In this document: piece by piece, positions 26,130 to 32,000 of the stretch
How positions within the stretch are numbered: position 1 is the stretch's first letter
Layout: every line of letters starts with the position of its first letter
Origin: Promethearchaeota archaeon
GTDB taxonomy: Archaea > Asgardarchaeota > Thorarchaeia > Thorarchaeales > Thorarchaeaceae
Direction: 5' to 3'
DNA: 32,000 bases
NCBI GenBank assembly: GCA_027031765.1
Contig: JALVPN010000144.1
Span: 41,384-73,383, forward strand
The notes under the pieces: generated by a model
Told to the model about the DNA's origin: nothing
What the model saw: only the letters and a program-made list of their open reading frames with translations
The model's database searches: none
Position numbers and translations under genes: made by a program

Positions 26130-27338
26130 CTACCTCCGACGTCGGACTGCACCGGCTATTGCAACAAGGACAACAACCACAACAATACCGCCGATGACCA
26201 GTGGACTGAGGAGTGGCTCCACGAGCGGGGCCCCATCTTCGAAGAGACCGATAGAGGGGTCATGCATCAGTGTGCCATCATCAAAGTGCGGGTACGCGAG
26301 GTACAGCACCAGTCCGTTGTCAGACGGGGTATACGAGGCTGTGACGTTGACTATTTCCGAGGCGCCACCCGGCCAAGTAATGAGCGCCTTGTCGACCCAC
26401 CTGAAGAAGCCTTGGGTCACATTTGACTCGTCAATCAGGTCGACTTGCTGCAAATGGGCTTCGTGTCTGCGCTCAAAACGCGTTTCGGACTGGTTGTGAT
26501 CGGGCCACGCGGAGGAGTCGCCGATGAATGTCCGGTTGTGCTCTCGAGTCATGTATCGGTGCCGGTTGTGAGACTGATCCATGTGGGCCACGTTCTCTCG
26601 CAGGAGCGTCTGAAGGGCGACCATTGATGTGTTCGTTGAGAACGGGAAGTTGCCGATGATGATGTCCATCTTCAGCTCGCTTCCGCCCGCCACCGTGTAG
26701 TTCAGGTGGACACCGCGTGAGTCAGAAACATTGCCGTGATAGTCATTGAGGTAGATGTGGGCTAGGACTTGGATACTGACATCCTCGAAGGCCTTGGGCG
26801 TGCCATGCCGGTAGAGGGCAGGGGTAGGTGCACCCGGGACTGGCCCTTCTGTACGCAGGCCACCCTTAGTGTAGGAGATCCACACCTCGGTTGTTACACC
26901 GTCCTCCACAACACTCCCGGTCTGGACAACCCACTCATATGTTGCAAGAGAGGCAAACCGCAGGGTCTCGTTCCGCTGGAACGCACCATCACCGTTCAGG
27001 TCTTCGAACTCGGCAATGCCCGGATAGGCGAGAATGAACCGCGCCATGGAACCGTTATTGTCAGTGGTGTACCAGAAGTGGAACATTGGGAACTGCGGAG
27101 TGGCCATGACCGTGATGATGTCCGTACTTATCCAGACAACACCCTGGTTGTCAACAGTACGATGGGGCATGCGTCTCGGGTCATGCGTTGTGGTCGGCAT
27201 TGACGGGTGTTCTGTTGGCTCTGTGTGCCCTGGAGACCCCGGCGCAGAGGTGCCTTGGGCACTCACATTGGAGACCATCGGTATGGCAAGTGCCAGCACA
27301 ATAATCAGGCTGAGTGCAAGGCGTGTCTTTACTTTCAT
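26130..27338 (-). CDS. Secreted/cell-surface glycoprotein with C-terminal membrane anchor
   Basis: Start ATG 27338 with GGTGAT SD. Sec signal (MKVKTR-hydrophobic-VSA|Q), nine N-x-S/T sequons in the mature part, C-terminal TM plus RRRR. TTATAA at 27374-27379 upstream. Confidence 0.85.
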   Translation of the reverse strand: MKVKTRLALSLIIVLALAIPMVSNVSAQGTSAPGSPGHTEPTEHPSMPTTTHDPRRMPHRTVDNQGVVWISTDIITVMATPQFPMFHFWYTTDNNGSMARFILAYPGIAEFEDLNGDGAFQRNETLRFASLATYEWVVQTGSVVEDGVTTEVWISYTKGGLRTEGPVPGAPTPALYRHGTPKAFEDVSIQVLAHIYLNDYHGNVSDSRGVHLNYTVAGGSELKMDIIIGNFPFSTNTSMVALQTLLRENVAHMDQSHNRHRYMTREHNRTFIGDSSAWPDHNQSETRFERRHEAHLQQVDLIDESNVTQGFFRWVDKALITWPGGASEIVNVTASYTPSDNGLVLYLAYPHFDDGTLMHDPSIGLFEDGAPLVEPLLSPLVIGGIVVVVVLVAIAGAVRRRR

Positions 27339-27653
27339 TCGTATATCACCGAAAACCATCACGCAACGTGTGCTTATAATGAGTCTTGAAAACGGTGTGC
27401 CCGGCGTGATATGATAGCCGATATGCATGCCGGGAGGTGCCCGGAAATATTTATGGACGCTTTGAACGGTGCTACAAGGAGGAATACGTGCCAGACCCAT
27501 GTCCGGGAGGGGGCGGACATGCTGGCCACGGTGGCACATAGTGCACATGATGCTGGACTGCAATACAGGGGACGGGAGAGGCCTCACGGGTGCGCACTGC
27601 CACTGACCAGAAAGGAGAAGTAATGGAAAGGTGTAAGAAGGATGTGATTGTAG

Positions 27654-28862
27654 ATGACGTACGATGTGATAGTGGTCGGCGGAGGGCCGGCTGGGGCAAC
27701 CTGTGCACGGCATGCAGCAAGACTTGGGCTTGATGTCCTGCTCATTGAGAAGAGGGTACACCCGCGCAGAAAGGCCTGCGGTGGGGGTATCACTCTCCGT
27801 GTGGTCGATGTACTTGATTTTAGCATCGGCTCCGTAATCGAGCGTGAACAGTGCGGGCTGAGATTACACGCACCATCTGGGATAGAAGTGGTTGAGAAGA
27901 GGAGCACACCCACAGGATACACGATTCGCAGAGAAGACTTTGACAACCTGCTACTCCGCCAAGCGGAGAGTGCGGACGCAGAGGTGATTGAGGGGGTGCG
28001 AGTGGTGGACGTGATAGAGGGGAGTGATGCCGTCGAGGTAATCACGGATGACCGAAACTACCGCGGGCAAGTGCTTGTAGGTGCCGATGGCGTCAATAGC
28101 ACTGTCGCACGGAAGACGGGCATCAAGACCCGATGGGAGGACGATGAGGTCTGCCTCTGCATTGAGGCATCAGTGCCGATGGGCCCTGAGGACATAGTAC
28201 GCCTGTTTGGTGACCCTGAGGAGCATGGCAACAGAATCCTCATTGAGATCTACTTTGGTGCACTGGTACACGGGTATGCATGGGCCTTCGCTAAGAGAGC
28301 GGAGGTGAGCCTCGGAATCGGTGCACTTGTCAGCGAGTTGCACGACTTGCGTGGTGCGTGGAAGAAGTTCGTCGGGGTCATTGAGGAGCGTGGTGGAGTG
28401 AAGTGCGACCTCTCATCCGAGACCGCAGCACGGGTGCCACTTGCAGGGCCTATCAAGAGGATGTACTCATCACATACGCTCCTTGCAGGCGATGCTGCGG
28501 GCTTTGTTTCGCCGGCCACCGGGGAGGGGATATACTATGCCATAGAGTCAGGGAGGATTGCAGCCGAGACCGCCAACGACATTGTTTCTGGCATCCGTGG
28601 AGTTGACACCAGGACGTACCAAGAGCGGTGTGACAAGGCCCTCGGAAAGGACCTGAGGGTTGCAAAGTCGCTTGCGGACATGATGTTCCACTCCATTGAG
28701 AACATGGAACGCGTGTGTCAGATGGCCTACGATGACGAAGTGATGAGACATTACACGATGGAACTGGTCATGGGCCTAAGGTCATACAGGGAGTCGAGGA
28801 ACAGGGTAATCAGGAGGATGTTGAGAAAGCACCTGCGTACTGCACTCAGAATGGTGTTCTGA
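27654..28862 (+). CDS. Geranylgeranyl reductase family FAD-dependent oxidoreductase
   Basis: YDVIVVGGGPAG, KACGGG, R..FD..L, GADGVNS, GYAWAF, LLAGDAAGFVSPATGEGIYYAI. Confidence 0.9.
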   Translation: MTYDVIVVGGGPAGATCARHAARLGLDVLLIEKRVHPRRKACGGGITLRVVDVLDFSIGSVIEREQCGLRLHAPSGIEVVEKRSTPTGYTIRREDFDNLLLRQAESADAEVIEGVRVVDVIEGSDAVEVITDDRNYRGQVLVGADGVNSTVARKTGIKTRWEDDEVCLCIEASVPMGPEDIVRLFGDPEEHGNRILIEIYFGALVHGYAWAFAKRAEVSLGIGALVSELHDLRGAWKKFVGVIEERGGVKCDLSSETAARVPLAGPIKRMYSSHTLLAGDAAGFVSPATGEGIYYAIESGRIAAETANDIVSGIRGVDTRTYQERCDKALGKDLRVAKSLADMMFHSIENMERVCQMAYDDEVMRHYTMELVMGLRSYRESRNRVIRRMLRKHLRTALRMVF

Positions 28863-29128
28863 GCAGCGGGAGGCAGTCCACACAGGGAGGGCTGACACCC
28901 CCGCAGGCGGCCTGCCATTTCGAGGACAGCGGACAACAGGGCAGTCCTCACCCCCGGGCGGGCCCGACAGTCACGCAGGCACCACCAGCACCCAAGTGCT
29001 CCTTAGAGGGAGCGGTTGCCGCGGGCGGAAAGGCATGCATTCACGATGTCCGCACTGGCCTCACATTGCTGTGGGGGTGTGACAGTGATAGGGGGCGACT
29101 GGGTGGTGGAGTGCGAACAACTACCCGG

Positions 29129-30700
29129 CTACGTCTCTTCGTCGCCCTTCCTGTACGACTCTGCGAGTAGGTCGGGCAGGTATCGCACCTTCACGTCGAG
29201 GCCCTTCATCATGTCACCAATCTGGATGGTACAGAACGGACACTCTGTTGCGACCATGTCCGCACCAGTGGCGAGTATCTGCTCCTTGCGAGTTGTTGCA
29301 ATCTTCATTGAGAGGTCGCGTCTTCCAGCACGGACGCCACCACCAGCACCACAGCATCGGTTCTTGTAGGGGTCATCTATGTACTTCACACCCGGAATCA
29401 TCTTGAGGAGTTCGATGGGCTGGTCGACAACGCCCTGTCCGCGGCCGAGATGACATGGCTCATGGTAGGTGACTTCAAGGTCAAGCTCGCCCTTTGGCGG
29501 GACTATGTTCTCCTTGCCTATGACATCAATCAGGTACTCGGCCAGGTCGTACACCTTGAAACGTGGTGGCTCACCTCGTTCCTCAGCGATGAAGGGTCGG
29601 TGATCCTCACGGAGAGTCTTGCCACAGCCAGCACAGGCGACCACAACCGTATCCAGGCCGTACTTGTCAGCCACATCCTCGAATATCTTCGTGACACGCC
29701 TAGCAGCATCGTGTGCGGTCTTCAAATCACCAGTCCTGAATGCAGGGCTCGCACAGCACCACTGCTGCTTGGGCACGATTACGTCAATGCCATTCCGGTT
29801 TAGCACCTCGATGAGAGAGCGTCCGGTCCCCTGCATGCGGTAGTCAATAAGACAGCCGGTGAAGAATGCCACGCGTCCACGGGGGTTATCTACCAAGAAC
29901 TCTTCGGACTCCAGACTCCTCAGTAGAGGGGTGTCCTTCTCCGGGACTGACCGACCAGTCTTGTTAATCTGGTCTATGAACCCCTGCTGACCCTCGGCCA
30001 GCGGGTATCCGGCCTCGACAGCCTTTGCACGCAACAGCTCTACTGCGAGGGCGGGGATCTTTATACTCTTTGGACAGATGTCCTCACACATCTTACAGGT
30101 CGTACAAGCATAGACAGACTCGTCCAGTGCAATTGCAATACGATCCTCGACATCACGGGGATCGAGCTCGAGACGGGCAATCTGGCGGATTATCATCGGC
30201 CCAGCATAGTCCCAGGTCTCACGGAGGGCCGGGCAGTTTGACAGACAAGCATAGCACTCTATGCACTTCCGGATTTCGCGTAGTGTTTCAATCTCCTCAG
30301 CGTGTACAATCTCCGGACGTGGGGCAGGCTTGTCCCGTACAACATATGGACGGATCCGACGAACCCGCTCTTTCACACGGCTCATATCGGTGACGAGGTC
30401 TTTGATGACGGGCATCTTCTCGAGGGGTTCAAGTACAAGGGGGCCGTCGTCCGGGTCGACCTTGGCCCGGCAGGCAATCCTAGCGGTGCCATTCACTTTG
30501 ACCGCACAGGAACCGCACTGGCCGCCCCGGCACTCCCATCTGAAGGCAAGACTCGAGTCATACTTGTCCTGGATATACAGGAGCGTATCGAGCACTGTCA
30601 TGCCGGGCTCGTAAGCGACATCGAACTCTTCGAAGTGTGGTGCATCATCAGTGTCCGGGTTGTACCTGAACACGCGGGCCTTGAACATCTTTGTAGCCAT
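29129..30700 (-). CDS. tfrB: Thiol:fumarate reductase iron-sulfur subunit TfrB (SdhB/FrdB domain fused to HdrD-like CCG domains)
   Basis: CRGGQCGSC [2Fe-2S], CIECYACLSNCP and CTTCKMCEDICP [4Fe-4S], two CCG domains (FFTGC..WCC..CAGC; YHEPCHL..RCCGAGGG..ECPFC). Start ATG 30700 with GAGG SD. Confidence 0.9.
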   Translation of the reverse strand: MATKMFKARVFRYNPDTDDAPHFEEFDVAYEPGMTVLDTLLYIQDKYDSSLAFRWECRGGQCGSCAVKVNGTARIACRAKVDPDDGPLVLEPLEKMPVIKDLVTDMSRVKERVRRIRPYVVRDKPAPRPEIVHAEEIETLREIRKCIECYACLSNCPALRETWDYAGPMIIRQIARLELDPRDVEDRIAIALDESVYACTTCKMCEDICPKSIKIPALAVELLRAKAVEAGYPLAEGQQGFIDQINKTGRSVPEKDTPLLRSLESEEFLVDNPRGRVAFFTGCLIDYRMQGTGRSLIEVLNRNGIDVIVPKQQWCCASPAFRTGDLKTAHDAARRVTKIFEDVADKYGLDTVVVACAGCGKTLREDHRPFIAEERGEPPRFKVYDLAEYLIDVIGKENIVPPKGELDLEVTYHEPCHLGRGQGVVDQPIELLKMIPGVKYIDDPYKNRCCGAGGGVRAGRRDLSMKIATTRKEQILATGADMVATECPFCTIQIGDMMKGLDVKVRYLPDLLAESYRKGDEET

Positions 30701-30713
30701 CGTATCGACCTCC

Positions 30714-32000
30714 TCATGGTGGCGGGATCTTGGTGATGACCAGGTCACGCTTCTCGAGCACCATCTCCCCGTCGTCGCCTTTCCGAATGACGATGTTGTA
30801 GAGACCGTCATCATTTGGATCAGCATCTGTCCGGAAGTGCGCGCCTCTGCTACCCTTCCGCATGAGGGCGGCCTCCGCCACCATCCGGGCTGTTATGACC
30901 ATATGTCCGAACTCAATGGCCTGGTGCCAGCCGGGGTTGAACCGCTTCACCTGGATGTCCACTTTGATGTTCGGTACGACCTCCTTCTCAATCCGGCGGA
31001 GCTCCTTCACGGCACGAGAAAGACCCTCCTCATTCCTGAAAATCTGTACATCGTTCCACATCAGCGTGGTGAGCTCTTCACGGGCATCTGCAGGGGAGAT
31101 GCCAGACTCCCGCAACAGCATCGCCTCTAGGCGTACGAACTCGTCCCGGATTTCGTCGCGGTCAACTGGTGGGAGACCGTGTTCCTTGGCGAACTCGGCT
31201 GCATTCTTCCCGGCCAGTGCCCCAAACACTTGGGTATCTGCGAGCGCGTTGCCCCCCAGTCTGTTGCCGCCATGCACACCACCAGTGCACTCACCTGCAG
31301 CAAACAGCCCCGGGATTGTTGACTGGGCATCCGTATCAATCAAGATACCACCCATGAAGTGATGGGCGGTCGGTGAAACCTGCATCGGCTCGTTGCGGAT
31401 GTCAACACCAGCATCTGCGAACTGCTCAATCATGCTCTCAAGCCTAAACTCTATGACAGACCGGGGCAGGTGTGCAATGCTGAGGTACACACCCCCATCA
31501 GGTGAGCCGCGGCCCTCAAGTACCTCGGTCATGATTGACCTTGCAACCTGGTCGCGACCGGCAAGCTCCATCACTTGAGGGTAGTACCTTGCCATGAAGC
31601 GTTCGCCACGGTTATTCAGGAGGATACCGCCCTCACCACGGACTGCCTCTGTTACCAGCCGACCCCTAGCAGACTCGGGACGTACCATGCCAGTTGGATG
31701 GAACTGTATCATCTCCATGTCGATGAGTGCGGCCCCGGCCTCATAGGCCATTGCATAGCCGTCACCAACATCGAGCTGCGCATTACTGGTTACCTTGAAG
31801 ATCCGACCGGCCCCGCCAGTTGCCATGACAACGGCCTTGGCACGGAAAACAAGGTAATCACCATACTTGAGGTCAACAGCACACACACCGGCAGCACGGC
31901 CATCATGTACGAGGATCTTGGTCGCAAAGACCTCATCAAAGACTCTAACTGAGGACTTGCGTATTGCCTCAGTCAGTGTGACCATAATCTCAGACCCGGT
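30714..32000 (-). CDS. tfrA: Fumarate reductase flavoprotein subunit TfrA (5' truncated by window edge)
   Basis: MATGGAG, MEMIQFHPTG, EAVRGEGG, LAGRD.VAR, PTAHHFMGG, GVHGGNRLGGNAL, SRGAH. Frame is open to the window end. Adjacent to tfrB. Confidence 0.92.
   Translation of the reverse strand, partial: TGSEIMVTLTEAIRKSSVRVFDEVFATKILVHDGRAAGVCAVDLKYGDYLVFRAKAVVMATGGAGRIFKVTSNAQLDVGDGYAMAYEAGAALIDMEMIQFHPTGMVRPESARGRLVTEAVRGEGGILLNNRGERFMARYYPQVMELAGRDQVARSIMTEVLEGRGSPDGGVYLSIAHLPRSVIEFRLESMIEQFADAGVDIRNEPMQVSPTAHHFMGGILIDTDAQSTIPGLFAAGECTGGVHGGNRLGGNALADTQVFGALAGKNAAEFAKEHGLPPVDRDEIRDEFVRLEAMLLRESGISPADAREELTTLMWNDVQIFRNEEGLSRAVKELRRIEKEVVPNIKVDIQVKRFNPGWHQAIEFGHMVITARMVAEAALMRKGSRGAHFRTDADPNDDGLYNIVIRKGDDGEMVLEKRDLVITKIPPP

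Noticed and set aside
27547-27606. ATGATGC...CTGA spaced 60 nt apart (C/D-like) upstream of the GGR gene
   Set aside because: No terminal stem, no internal C'/D' boxes and no recognisable target.
28863-29128. GC-rich 266-bp gap between convergent GGR and tfrB, checked for RNase P/SRP RNA
   Set aside because: Lacks GAGGAAAGUCC and SRP helix 8 signatures; only short stems expected at this GC content.
1-32000. tRNA, rRNA, CRISPR arrays, IS/transposase or integrase genes
   Set aside because: No T-loop/cloverleaf, regularly spaced repeats, terminal inverted repeats or recombinase motifs were recognised by eye.

Overview
A gene-dense archaeal window. An Asgard archaeon (possibly Thorarchaeia) is inferred from four roadblock/LC7 genes, an MglA-type GTPase, a Sec23/24-like protein, eL33 and uL16/L10e. 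The housekeeping content is srp54 (3' end), a divergent trmY-like gene, a DRG/OBG GTPase, trmJ, rpl10e, deoxyhypusine synthase, rpl35ae, a LipS1-type radical SAM protein, acdA/acdB, uppS, smc-scpA-scpB, hypE, rps8e, hypA, a geranylgeranyl-reductase-family gene and tfrB/tfrA (partial). Three things stand out. (1) A cluster at 12.4-17.1 kb couples a Sec23/24-architecture protein (Zn finger, vWA, beta-sandwich, helical) to an MglA GTPase and four roadblock proteins. (2) An unannotated C/D box sRNA at 6051-6123 has a D guide complementary to LSU rRNA helix 69 and is predicted to methylate A1913 (E. coli numbering), the site guided by yeast snR63 and human SNORD46. (3) A 395-aa orphan protein appears to be built from four ~105-aa AAA+-lid/histone-fold-like repeats. 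No tRNA, rRNA, CRISPR array or mobile element was recognised. All family calls come from motif recognition by eye; no database search was run.
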